From: Candidatus Micrarchaeota archaeon
GTDB lineage: Archaea; Micrarchaeota; Micrarchaeia; Micrarchaeales; CABMGC01
Reading direction: 5' to 3'
Assembly: GCA_027319905.1 (NCBI GenBank)
Contig: DAHVMJ010000001.1
Location: 64,001-128,000 of the forward strand
DNA length: 64,000 nucleotides
Below the pieces are notes generated by a model. The model saw nothing but the letters and a program-made list of their open reading frames with translations, was not told the origin of the DNA and did no database searches. Made by a program: the position numbers and the translations under genes. Position 1 is the stretch's first letter, and each line of letters begins with the position of its first letter. Positions 9,996 through 19,754 of this stretch are shown in pieces.

Positions 9996-10556
9996 TTACT
10001 CTGGTTTGTCCCCTGCCTCTTTCAGTATCTCTTCCGCTACCTGTTCCTGTGTTTTATTATTAACGTCAATAATTATATTAAAGGGCTTCATGTCAACGCC
10101 CAGCTCTATTCCGTACATCTTCTTGTACAGTTCGTAGTTCTCCCTGTCCCTCACGCTCACTATCTCGCGCGCCCTGTCTATCGGGATCGAGTCACGCAAT
10201 GCCATACGTTTAGTTCGCGTATCCTTCGACGCTTCAAGCCAGACCTTGACCCCTCTTTCGGAGAGCCATGGCATAGTGTAGCTTGTGACGACGATGTTGC
10301 CTCTTTCAATCTTCTCAATCATCCGTCTGTCAGCTTCCTTGTCAAAATCAGGGTTCAGTTCCCGCTCCCTAAGGAACTTTATGCCGTCTGGCGTGTCCCA
10401 CCAGTCTTCGTCAGTGACAGAATAGCCGCGCTCTCGGGCCATTTCCTTGAGCACGTCACCTCCGCCCGCCATGCTAACTCCTGTTTTCTTGGAGATCTCC
10501 TGCGCCGTGGCGGTTTTGCCCGCAGCCGGCATGCCCGAAAGGATAAGAGCCTTCAT
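9996..10556 (-). CDS. cmk: Cytidylate kinase (archaeal type)
   Basis: P-loop SGMPAAGKT; position in adk-DUF106-L34e-cmk-L14e cluster. Confidence 0.85.
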   Translation of the reverse strand: MKALILSGMPAAGKTATAQEISKKTGVSMAGGGDVLKEMARERGYSVTDEDWWDTPDGIKFLRERELNPDFDKEADRRMIEKIERGNIVVTSYTMPWLSERGVKVWLEASKDTRTKRMALRDSIPIDRAREIVSVRDRENYELYKKMYGIELGVDMKPFNIIIDVNNKTQEQVAEEILKEAGDKPE

Positions 10557-10610
10557 ATTGAGTTTTGCCCTGCAAGATTAATATTCTTGACGCGGCTTCG
10601 CCAAAACACG

Positions 10611-10937
10611 CTAGTGCGCGATCATCTGCAGCACGAAGACCCTCTGTCTCGTGCCTATGTCCCCGACGCGCATCTCCCCGTTCTCTATCCTGCTCGCCAG
10701 CTTGACCACCTCTGCGGTGCATGATGCACACAGCACGCCGCCGAATATCCTGGAGTTGCTCTTCCTGCTCCTGCCCTTGGCGTTGTCTCCTGCGTTTATA
10801 CCGTTGAGCTCCGTGCTGCATATGGCGCAGTGCGGCAGCATCGCCTTCTTGCGCTCAAAGTGAAGCACATGTCTCCCGCTGGGCGCGACCCTGTCGAGTC
10901 TTCTGAAACTCCTGGACCTGTGCATCGGCTTGGGCAT
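10611..10937 (-). CDS. rpl34e: 50S ribosomal protein L34e
   Basis: MPKPMHRSRS, CAIC, RIFGGVLCASC. Confidence 0.93.
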   Translation of the reverse strand: MPKPMHRSRSFRRLDRVAPSGRHVLHFERKKAMLPHCAICSTELNGINAGDNAKGRSRKSNSRIFGGVLCASCTAEVVKLASRIENGEMRVGDIGTRQRVFVLQMIAH

Positions 10938-10987
10938 TTCGATACCTGAAACAGAGAATATGTTTGTTCGTCTAAAGCATAAATAGC

Positions 10988-11464
10988 TTACTGCTGCGTC
11001 GCCTCCGCCTGCTGCTTCTCCTTCGCAAGCCTCATCCTGTCGCGTAGCATGAGCGCTCCGGAGAGAAGCAGGCCTGCCACGAAAGCAACCGCTATAAAGT
11101 AGGTCCTGTAGTTGAGCGTCATCGACAAAACAGGCACGGTTATGTTGGGGTTGGTAGTGAATACTGCTGGAAAGACAAGATAATAGACCACGAAGAAGAT
11201 GGGCAGCACCACGAACATAGGTTTGAGCTGCGATCTCATGCTTTGGCCCAGCAGCGTGGTTATCTCCTTCTGCTTGAGCGCCAACTTCTCTTGGTCCGCC
11301 TTTGCCTTTACCATCTCATTTAGCTCCTTGCTCTTCTGCTTTATCGTTTCCTGCACTTCCTGCATGTGTTTCATGTCTACAAGTTTGCGCTGCGCGGACA
11401 CAGAAAACACTACGTAGATTATCGCTATTGCCGTTATCTCTATTCCTACTACCATCGCTTTCAC
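10988..11464 (-). CDS. EMC3/TMCO1 (DUF106, Oxa1 superfamily) membrane protein
   Basis: TM, coiled coil, KPM motif, two further TMs; canonical position after adk. Confidence 0.85.
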   Translation of the reverse strand: MKAMVVGIEITAIAIIYVVFSVSAQRKLVDMKHMQEVQETIKQKSKELNEMVKAKADQEKLALKQKEITTLLGQSMRSQLKPMFVVLPIFFVVYYLVFPAVFTTNPNITVPVLSMTLNYRTYFIAVAFVAGLLLSGALMLRDRMRLAKEKQQAEATQQ

Positions 11465-12030
11465 TTGGCCTTTTCTATTATCTCCACAACACGTTTCTGC
11501 GCCGCCACAAGACCGCCGTCATCGTTCTGTACTATGAATATGGGCGCCTGAAGGCGCATGGCGTATATGGTTGTGAAAGAGAGATTCATTCTCCTGTGCA
11601 TCTCTATCTCATCTGCGCTGTCAGCCTCGCGCCTCCTGCTCTTGTCCCTCTTTCTTCTTGCGATTATCTGCTTTGTTGGCGCGTCAACGTATATTATCGC
11701 CTTTGTTATGCTCTTCAGCATGTCCAGATCTGCGAAGGAGAAGCCTGAGTAGTAGCCGTCGCCTGTCTTGAGGCTGGCGTGGGTGTCAAGCGCTATTGTA
11801 CCCTTCATCCTTGAGATTTTCATAAGTATGCCGTTCCTTATTTCGGCGTCGTGCTTCACGTCCAGAACGCCCAATTTCCTTACCTCGTCCCTGTCCTTCG
11901 TTCCGGTCAACCTAGAGTACACGTTGAGCATCTCGGTGCCTATGCTTATCACCTTGGCGCCTTTTGCACCCTTGAGCACGGTTGTCTTACCTGCACCCTG
12001 CGTACCGAACACAAGAAAGAGACTTGTCAT
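11461..12030 (-). CDS. adkA: Adenylate kinase (archaeal type)
   Basis: P-loop GTQGAGKTT, DRDEVRKL, LDTHA, RRKRDKSR. Confidence 0.9.
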   Translation of the reverse strand: MTSLFLVFGTQGAGKTTVLKGAKGAKVISIGTEMLNVYSRLTGTKDRDEVRKLGVLDVKHDAEIRNGILMKISRMKGTIALDTHASLKTGDGYYSGFSFADLDMLKSITKAIIYVDAPTKQIIARRKRDKSRRREADSADEIEMHRRMNLSFTTIYAMRLQAPIFIVQNDDGGLVAAQKRVVEIIEKAK

Positions 12031-12088
12031 CCGAACACGTCTAGTAAGGATGCGCAGAGAAGGTATAAAAGAGGGGTCCAGGCTCTGC

Positions 12089-13744
12089 CTAGTCAGACTC
12101 CCCTCCCATGCCTCCAGGCATGCCGCCGCCCGGCGGTCCGCCCGCTGGCCTGCTACCTTTGCTGCTTATCATGTCGTCTATCCTGAGGATCTGAACGCTT
12201 GCTTCCATGGCGCTCGAGATTGCCTGCTGCTTTATCTTCACAGGCTCTATAACGCCGAGCTTGTCCATGTCACCTATCACTCCACGGTGCACGTCAACGC
12301 CGTAGCTCCTGCCCTCCTTGCCCTTCTGCTTGCTCCTTAGCTGCACTATCGTGTCTATCGCGTCCATGCCGGCGCTGTCCGCGAGAGTCTTCGGTATGGC
12401 TTCGAGCGCGTCTCCAAACGCCTGTATGGCGAGCTGCTCCCTTCCGCCGACATTGTTCGCGTATTCCCTGAGACCCTTGGCCACGAACTCCTCGGTGCTT
12501 CCGCCTCCGTAGACGTACTTGCCGACTTCGAGGGCGCTTGTCAGCGCGCCTATCTCATCCGTGAGAGCGCGCTCCGTTTCGTCGACGACCTGCTTGGTGC
12601 CGCCCCTGACGAATATGGTGACGCTCTTCGGGTCCTTGCACTTCTCCACAAAGACCATCTGCTCTCCTGAGATCTTCCTCTCTTCTACGAGACCCGCAAA
12701 TCCGAGGTCGCTGGAAGTTAGATCGTCGAGGCTGGTGACAACTTTTGCGCCTGTTGCCTTCGCCAGCTTCTCCATGTCGCTCTTCTTCACACGCCTTACC
12801 GCGAGCATGCCTGCCTTGGATAGGTAGTGCTGCGCAACATCGTCTATACCCTTCTGCACGAAAATAACGTTAGCGCCGCTCTTTGCTGCCTTGTCCGCCA
12901 TGCCCTTGAGCATCTTCTCCTCCTGCTGCAGAAAACTCTGCATCTGCTCCGGAGATGTTATCTCTATCCTTGCGTCGGTCTCCGTCTTCTCTATCTCAAG
13001 CGCAAGGTCGAGAAGCGCTATCTTTGCGTTCTTGACGCTCTTGGGCATTCCTGGATGCGCGACCTCCTTGTCCACGAGCACCCCGTTTATGTACTGCGTA
13101 TCTTCAACGCTACCTCCCTCCTTCTTCTCCAGCTTGATGAAATCTTTGTCTATCAGTATCTTGCTGTCGCGCTTGTCAGCTACCTGCTTTATCGCCTTTA
13201 TCGCAAGTCCTGAGAGATACTTCCTGGTTATGTCGTTGCCTATATTCTTCGAGCCGACCGAGACCATCGCTATCTTCTCGAGTTTGTCGTCGTCATTCAG
13301 AGTTACGGACTCGGAGCAGTCTCCGAGTAGGTCCTTTGCCTTTCCTGCGGCCATCTCGTACCCCTTGATTATCGTGTTCGGGTTTATGCCCTTCTCTATC
13401 AGGTCGCCGGCGTTCTTCAGCAACTCGCCTGCTATTATGACGGCTGTGGTGGTGCCATCGCCTACCTCCTTGTCCTGGCTCTTCGCTATCTCAACCATGA
13501 GCTTTGCCACAGGATGCTCTACATTCATCTCCTCTAGTATCGAGGCGCCGTCGTTGGTTATGACTATATCGCCGAGCTCGCTCACTAGCATCTTGTCCAT
13601 CCCCTTCGGGCCAAGCGTGCTCCTCACTATGCTCGCAACGGCGTAGCCCACTGCTATGTTTGTGCGCTGTGCCTCCCTTCCGAGAATCCTGCTTGCCCCT
13701 TCAGGCAATATCATGTACTGCTGACCTAGTTGGTTCTCTGCCAT
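12089..13744 (-). CDS. ths: Thermosome (group II chaperonin) subunit
   Basis: TLGPKGMDKM, TNDGA, GDGTTT, C-terminal GGM repeats. Confidence 0.97.
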   Translation of the reverse strand: MAENQLGQQYMILPEGASRILGREAQRTNIAVGYAVASIVRSTLGPKGMDKMLVSELGDIVITNDGASILEEMNVEHPVAKLMVEIAKSQDKEVGDGTTTAVIIAGELLKNAGDLIEKGINPNTIIKGYEMAAGKAKDLLGDCSESVTLNDDDKLEKIAMVSVGSKNIGNDITRKYLSGLAIKAIKQVADKRDSKILIDKDFIKLEKKEGGSVEDTQYINGVLVDKEVAHPGMPKSVKNAKIALLDLALEIEKTETDARIEITSPEQMQSFLQQEEKMLKGMADKAAKSGANVIFVQKGIDDVAQHYLSKAGMLAVRRVKKSDMEKLAKATGAKVVTSLDDLTSSDLGFAGLVEERKISGEQMVFVEKCKDPKSVTIFVRGGTKQVVDETERALTDEIGALTSALEVGKYVYGGGSTEEFVAKGLREYANNVGGREQLAIQAFGDALEAIPKTLADSAGMDAIDTIVQLRSKQKGKEGRSYGVDVHRGVIGDMDKLGVIEPVKIKQQAISSAMEASVQILRIDDMISSKGSRPAGGPPGGGMPGGMGGESD

Positions 13745-13969
13745 GTTTTCACTCAATTAGCGTAATTTTGCCCCCAAAATCGCGTCAAGACTGACTTGTA
13801 TTTTTTATGGGTATATGATGATAAGTTATGTCGGATAATCTATTTAAATCTTTCTGGCTCGCATGTTTGGCACCGCCTAAGCCGGAGGTGCCCAGGGGCC
13901 CACGATCTCTTTCCGTCCTTAATTTTCTCTAGAAGCCTTGGAGGTACAACTAAAAAGCTTCAGCGCGCC

Positions 13970-14488
13970 TTATGATTCTAGGGGGCTGCCGCATTTGGAG
14001 CAGAACCTTGCAGAATCGGGATTCTTGGTGCCGCACTTGGTGCAGTACCTGAACCCGCCCAATCCTCCATCCTCCTGCCCTGAACCGGAAGACGAATTTG
14101 AATCGTCGAGCTTCCTGTTGAGGAAATCGGCAAGCGCCTTGGCATCGGAGTTGCTCAGCCCGTCTATCTCTCCCTCCTCCCTGCCGTTCTTCAGCAGGCC
14201 CTGGTCCTTGTCGTAGCCCTGCACCCTTATGAACACGGATGAGGAGATGACTCCGTGCTCGAGCCTGACGCTCGTGACCTGCCTGTAAGGTATGACCTCG
14301 TAGTCCTGCCTTATGCCCAGCGTTGCCCTGTTGAGGATTATTATTCGTTTGTCTGTGGCGAGAACGGACGTCGGGGCGGTAACAGACCCTCCGGGGCCGA
14401 CGCGTCTCTGCCTGACAGTTACCTGTACCTTCTCATCAGGCCAGAGGATGCTCTTTGCGGCGCTTACGTCTCCGGCGTTTACCCCCAT
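13970..14488 (-). CDS. Bacterial-type PH domain protein with C-terminal zinc ribbon
   Basis: ATDKRIII...IPY..VTSV; C-terminal CTKCG...ARFCSKCG. Confidence 0.75.
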   Translation of the reverse strand: MGVNAGDVSAAKSILWPDEKVQVTVRQRRVGPGGSVTAPTSVLATDKRIIILNRATLGIRQDYEVIPYRQVTSVRLEHGVISSSVFIRVQGYDKDQGLLKNGREEGEIDGLSNSDAKALADFLNRKLDDSNSSSGSGQEDGGLGGFRYCTKCGTKNPDSARFCSKCGSPLES

Positions 14489-14589
14489 GATACAGATACA
14501 GAGACCAAATATTTTAAGACTTGCGCCGAAGTGGGGTCTTCAATGAAATCCATGAGGCAGTGTTCTTTGATACGATTGGCCGGATGCAG

Positions 14590-17500
14590 CTAGCCAGGCA
14601 TGGTGAAGTTGTTGACGACCCAAGCTGGCTTCGGAGTTACGGTTGGTAGCGGGCCGGTGTAGTTGTCCAGTTGGTACACGACCACGGGCCAGGTACCGTT
14701 TACGTAGTTAACGCCTGTGAAGTTGCTCGGATAGACTACGTGGAACCCTGGAAGCTGGCCGAGATAGAAGGCGCGGTAGTAGTTACTGTCGTAGAATTTT
14801 GTGGGGGCGTCGGTTATAGTGTTGTTTGGACCGTTCGGAAGGTACAGAGGTATGAAAGTCAGGAACTGTTGCCCGCCAAAGTTGTTGAGTCCTGCGTAGA
14901 ACTGCTGCGAAGGCACGAGCAGTATGTTTGTCTCGTTGCCATTGCTGTCAAGGAGTCTCACAGAACTGGTGGTGAAGTTTGTCGGAGTGCAGTATGTTTG
15001 ATTCGACACCTGGTTGCCCGTGAGCAGTATCGTCTTCAGTGCTGATACCTTGCTGTTCTTGAACTGGCAGTAGCTGTTTATGTTGCTCGTAGACAGAGGC
15101 AGGAGCAGGTATGCCGGATCGTGGGTAAGCTCACACTGCGAAGTGCCAAGCAGATACGGCTGGCCCGTGCCGTTGCCCGCCTGCATTGCAAATGCCCTGC
15201 TGGTCTGGTTGATATTGACGCAGGCGAGAAAGTCGAGGGCCTGCCACTTTGCGGTGAGTTGGTCGTCGAAGACTACGTACTTGGCATAGACCTCGTTGTT
15301 CATGAAGTCGGTGAGGTTGGAGGGCCCATAGCCGTCCTGAGGACCCAGCACGTATCTTGCTGCCGTTTCGTAGTCAAGCTTGGCTATGGCGTTGTCTCCC
15401 CTGAGCACGGCGTTGCTGTTGCCGAACCAGTTGATCCAGTCGCCGTAGTCCCACCATGAGAGCACGCGCGGAGCGTTTGGGCCAACGTTCTGCTTCATCC
15501 ACGAGAGTGCGCCGAGCCATGAGTTTGACACCACGTTGCAGAACATGTCAAAGCCGAGGGAATTGCCCTGGGCGCTGATCGTGGAGCACGGCACGCCAAT
15601 GGCGGAGAAGATGCTTATGAATGCCGTAGATTCTAGCAACACTATGAGCACGCCGAAACCTATCACCGCAAGCCTGACGTTCTTGTGGACTTTGCCCTTG
15701 GTGAGGAGCAACAGCTCTCCTATTATTACGCCGAGGGCCAGTATGTAACCGACTCCGAAATGAGGCATGTACTTTATCTCTATCATGCCGGCTACCGCCA
15801 AGGGCCATACGGCTGCCATGGCAAGCACGCTCCCTTTTGAACTGCGTTTGTAGATGGCGAGTATCGCCAACGCCGAGAAGACTATCAGCACGAACCAGAC
15901 GACGGCGTTAACCCCGAAAGCGCTGGCCCCTATGGGCCCGAAGCCCGCGGCGCCGAAGTCGAAGTTGAAGCCCGTGGGCGCGTACTCCTGAACTGTCATG
16001 AAAAGGGCTATGGATGGCGTGGTGTAGTGAGCACTGAGGGCCAGATACCTGTCCACCGACGTACCGAGCGGTGTGAACAGGATAAGCAACAGCGCCAATA
16101 TGCCCAACCCTACAAGTGTCTCCAGGTACGAGGACAGGCTGATTTTTTTCAGTATTCCGCGCTCCTTGGCAAGCACGGGCAGGCGCTCCAACATAAAGAC
16201 GAAGATCAGGGCGAGCAGGGGAAACGAGACTATGATGGGTATGCCGGCCACGCTGGGTATCTTGTTAGCAAGCACTGAACCATATGAGTTGAAAGGTATG
16301 TAGAAGAGGACGATTATCCCTATGATTATCGCATTCATCTTGTAGAAATCACGCATCTCTCTCTTCCTTAGCACGTCCACCACGCCCTGGACTGCTATGT
16401 ATATCGCGAACACTCCGGCTATCACGGTGTAGTAGTGGGCGCCCAGGAACGATGAAACGAACGCTATGCCCGCGAGTACCGCAAACCGGGTCTCCTCGGG
16501 GTTCTGCACCGCGAGTAGGTACGCAGCATAGAAGAAGAACATGCCGAATATGCCCCATGGCTCCACGAGCTGCTCGCCAGCTATGAACGTGGTTATGAGC
16601 GCGGGCATCGCTGCGGCTAGCGCCGCACCTATTATTGCAGGATACTCGCCGTACATGTGATACAGGAACATGAAGACTATGAAGACGAGAAGCGCTGCGG
16701 TTATGGGGGGATAAACGCTGCCTACGTCGCTCAGCAGGGTATGACTTATCTGGTTGCTGGGCGGGTTGCTTATCTGGTACCAGTAGGCTTCGAGGTACGG
16801 CACGATGGGCTCTATCCTGTGCGGCGTGCCGTTTATCGCTGTTGGCCAGGCTGAATGGTCGTACAGCCACTGGTAACCGTGTATCAGCATGAACTCGGTG
16901 CTCTGCATATCAAAATAGGGGTCGAACTCGAAGAAGTGCGGGGCTATGCCTATACTCATCATTCGTGTTGCAAATGTGAAGAGCATGAGGAAGATGAGCA
17001 GAGCCCAGATAATCTTGGTGTTCTTGCTTTTCTTGCTGTCGCCTTCAACAAGCGACTTCTCTTCGCGCTCGTGCTCCTCCATCAACTTCCTCTCTTCAGC
17101 TGCGTGCATTACCTCCAGTTTCGCGCGCTCCTCTGCTGGAAGAGAACGCATCCTCGACTTCTCCTCTGCGTGCCGTCTTTCCAGATCTTCCTCCTCGCGC
17201 TGGTGCTTCCTAACAAGGTCGGTCTCGATGCTGAGTTCGGCTATCTTGCCTCTGAGCTCGGCGAGCCTGTTCCTGTAAGCCGCATTCGCCTCTGCTGCTA
17301 TCTCGCCTTCTGGCCTGGCCCTGACAAACCCAAGGTCGAGCACTCCCTGCTGCACGCAGAGCGCTATGCCGATTATGGTTAGTATGATTACGTTGGCCCC
17401 GTAGAGCGAGGAAGAGAAGCTGAAGGCGTGGATGTAATTCATCAGATACGATTCAAGCCACGTTAGCGTTGGAGGGAAGATGAGCCCGAACATGAAGCCG

Positions 17501-17631
17501 ATTATGGTTATCTCTATCATGTTCAGTTTGGTCTTCTTCAATAGCGCAAGGGCAAGAAAGAAGCCCGGGAGGATTATGGATATCAGTGCGATGAGAACCG
17601 ATACTACAAAAGACATACGACCATTCAGCAA
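14590..17631 (-). CDS. aglB: Oligosaccharyltransferase AglB/STT3 with N-terminal extension
   Basis: FEFDPYF, TVQE, WWDYG catalytic motif, multi-TM. Confidence 0.92.
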   Translation of the reverse strand: MLNGRMSFVVSVLIALISIILPGFFLALALLKKTKLNMIEITIIGFMFGLIFPPTLTWLESYLMNYIHAFSFSSSLYGANVIILTIIGIALCVQQGVLDLGFVRARPEGEIAAEANAAYRNRLAELRGKIAELSIETDLVRKHQREEEDLERRHAEEKSRMRSLPAEERAKLEVMHAAEERKLMEEHEREEKSLVEGDSKKSKNTKIIWALLIFLMLFTFATRMMSIGIAPHFFEFDPYFDMQSTEFMLIHGYQWLYDHSAWPTAINGTPHRIEPIVPYLEAYWYQISNPPSNQISHTLLSDVGSVYPPITAALLVFIVFMFLYHMYGEYPAIIGAALAAAMPALITTFIAGEQLVEPWGIFGMFFFYAAYLLAVQNPEETRFAVLAGIAFVSSFLGAHYYTVIAGVFAIYIAVQGVVDVLRKREMRDFYKMNAIIIGIIVLFYIPFNSYGSVLANKIPSVAGIPIIVSFPLLALIFVFMLERLPVLAKERGILKKISLSSYLETLVGLGILALLLILFTPLGTSVDRYLALSAHYTTPSIALFMTVQEYAPTGFNFDFGAAGFGPIGASAFGVNAVVWFVLIVFSALAILAIYKRSSKGSVLAMAAVWPLAVAGMIEIKYMPHFGVGYILALGVIIGELLLLTKGKVHKNVRLAVIGFGVLIVLLESTAFISIFSAIGVPCSTISAQGNSLGFDMFCNVVSNSWLGALSWMKQNVGPNAPRVLSWWDYGDWINWFGNSNAVLRGDNAIAKLDYETAARYVLGPQDGYGPSNLTDFMNNEVYAKYVVFDDQLTAKWQALDFLACVNINQTSRAFAMQAGNGTGQPYLLGTSQCELTHDPAYLLLPLSTSNINSYCQFKNSKVSALKTILLTGNQVSNQTYCTPTNFTTSSVRLLDSNGNETNILLVPSQQFYAGLNNFGGQQFLTFIPLYLPNGPNNTITDAPTKFYDSNYYRAFYLGQLPGFHVVYPSNFTGVNYVNGTWPVVVYQLDNYTGPLPTVTPKPAWVVNNFTMPG

Positions 17632-17927
17632 AAGCCATAGCTATTGTGCATATTGCAATTATAAACCTTAGTAGTTTGCGAGGTTTTTATGGAGAGCGTC
17701 CGGAAGAGATGGGAAAAGAGGCAGAGCCACATCTGTTATCGTTCGGTGGCTGACGGCGATATAATAAAGGCAGAAATAACCGGCGGGGGGAAAGAACCAC
17801 ACGCGGGCCTATCAATAGTTGATTCCTAAACAGGATTTCCGATTATTAAACAGATTTTGAATTTTTAAACAAGGCTACACTAATGCGAATCTTTTTATAA
17901 GAGCAGGCAGAGTAGAAACCGGTACGC

Positions 17928-18557
17928 ATGGGGAGCACAGTAGGCTATAAAGATGCCGCTGCAGGGCTTGAGGCGAACCCGCGTTTTTCTGCTGTTATCA
18001 CGCGTGCGTTTCCGGAAATGCGCGAAATGACCTTTGCCGTAATGAAAGAGAGCGAGGGTCACGCACATTCGCAGGAGCTGCTGTTCAACCCGAGAAGCAG
18101 AACCGACTTTGTGCTGTGCGAAGATGCGGCGCTGTTGCACATGGCCGTACTCGAAGACCCATTGCTGACTGTTTTCAGGCCAGGCCTTTTCATCTACTGG
18201 CACGAGTACTATCACTCCACGGGCATAAGCTCGCACAAAACAGCTGAGGAGCTCGCGCTGAAGAAAATGGGCAATCCGGTGGATGCTTACGCTGTGCATT
18301 TTGCCTTTGACATTTGGCTGGGAGGCGACTCGCCAGACTACGACATAGATGAAGGCATAGAGGAGCTCAGGTTCAACCTTAACGATGCGCTGCTCAGCCG
18401 CGACCTTACCTTTGAAGAGGTGCGCCGCGAAGGGGCGCTAAGCAATGTAACGGTGCTGAACGAGCAGGAATGGGATGAGGCCAAGTCTAGGGCGTACAGG
18501 TATGCACACCTGTTGCGCGAGGCAATACCGTCTGCCGGTCTGCTTCGCGGCAGATAG
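17928..18557 (+). CDS. Hypothetical protein
   Basis: 209-aa ORF with TATA-like TTTTTATAA upstream; no family recognised. Confidence 0.6.
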   Translation: MGSTVGYKDAAAGLEANPRFSAVITRAFPEMREMTFAVMKESEGHAHSQELLFNPRSRTDFVLCEDAALLHMAVLEDPLLTVFRPGLFIYWHEYYHSTGISSHKTAEELALKKMGNPVDAYAVHFAFDIWLGGDSPDYDIDEGIEELRFNLNDALLSRDLTFEEVRREGALSNVTVLNEQEWDEAKSRAYRYAHLLREAIPSAGLLRGR

Positions 18558-18600
18558 CGTTCTGGATTTAAATAGATGAGAACGCCATATCCTTTCGTGT

Positions 18601-19707
18601 ATGATGCGAGATAGCGTTGCTGTTGTTGGAGCTGGAACTTCTGGGCTTCTGACAGCCAGGGATCTTGCCATTTCCGGCATAAGTGCATCAGTGTACGATC
18701 AGAAGGTCAGGCTTGGTTATCCTGCAAAGGCGAGCGGGATAATATCGATAAACGGGTTGAAGAGCCTGGGCATAGGCTACGAGAAAGCGGTAACCAACAC
18801 ACTGTACGGAGCGAACATACATGCTGGAGAATCAGTCATGAGGATAATGGCCAGGAGACCTCAGGCGCATGTGCTTGACAGAGTGAAGCTGAACGAGATA
18901 TGTTACGATGAGAGTGTCTCGGCTGGGGCGAAAGTGCAAACCGGTGCGCGGGTAGGCTCCGCCAAGCTTGACGAACTGCACAAGGAAAGCATAATCGTGG
19001 GTGCGGATGGCCCTGTATCAGAGGTTGCAAGGCATTTCTCTATGGGCTCTATCAAAAAATACACGCTTACGTACAAGGCGGAGTTTAATGTTGACGTGGA
19101 GAATGAGAAGGTCGTTGACCTCTTCTTTGACAATGCGCTCGCACCAAGGTTCTTTGCGTGGCTCTGTCCGAATGCTGGGGACATACTTGAAGTGGGGATA
19201 GGCATAGACGCACAGAACGGGAACAGCAAAACTGCATTCGATAGGTTCGCAAAGAAGGAAGAGGTAGCAGCGATGATAGGCAAGAGCAAGATGCTCGATG
19301 GCTATGCGAGCATGATTCCGATGCAGACAGCGAGGAAGGTGGTCGATGAGAAGCAGGAAGTGTTGCTGGTGGGCGATGCTGCAGGGCAGGTCAAACCCAC
19401 AACAGGCGGCGGAATAGTCTTCGGGGGAAATGCGGGCAGGATTGCGGCAAGTGTAATAAGCGACCACATACACTCAGGAAAGGGCCTGTCTGCTTATGAG
19501 GACCTTTTCAGAAAGGGATTTGGAGCCGATATCGCTTTGCACGGGCTGATCAACCGCATTTACTCTTCGCTCGATGCTAAGAAGATAGGCTTCCTAATAA
19601 ACATCTCGAAGACGCTCGGCTTCGAGGGCTTCTTCTCTGAGTATGGTGACATGGATAGGCCGAGCCTGATGCTCAAGCGCTTATTCCTGAGAAGATTCGC
19701 CAAGTAG
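18601..19707 (+). CDS. Geranylgeranyl reductase-family FAD oxidoreductase
   Basis: VVGAGTSG, GADG, LVGDAAGQVKPTTGGGI. Confidence 0.88.
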   Translation: MMRDSVAVVGAGTSGLLTARDLAISGISASVYDQKVRLGYPAKASGIISINGLKSLGIGYEKAVTNTLYGANIHAGESVMRIMARRPQAHVLDRVKLNEICYDESVSAGAKVQTGARVGSAKLDELHKESIIVGADGPVSEVARHFSMGSIKKYTLTYKAEFNVDVENEKVVDLFFDNALAPRFFAWLCPNAGDILEVGIGIDAQNGNSKTAFDRFAKKEEVAAMIGKSKMLDGYASMIPMQTARKVVDEKQEVLLVGDAAGQVKPTTGGGIVFGGNAGRIAASVISDHIHSGKGLSAYEDLFRKGFGADIALHGLINRIYSSLDAKKIGFLINISKTLGFEGFFSEYGDMDRPSLMLKRLFLRRFAK

Positions 19708-19754
19708 ACGCTGGATAGTGTTTTATTGTTTTTCTCATTTAGATTAACGAGCTC

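Noticed and set aside
13868..13893. Hairpin GGCACC...GGTGCC upstream of the thermosome gene
   Set aside because: Short stem expected by chance at this GC content; no further support
17689..17829. 46-aa plus-strand ORF (MESVRKRWEKRQSHIC...) in the gap upstream of aglB
   Set aside because: No recognisable motif, and it overlaps likely promoter space; not supportable
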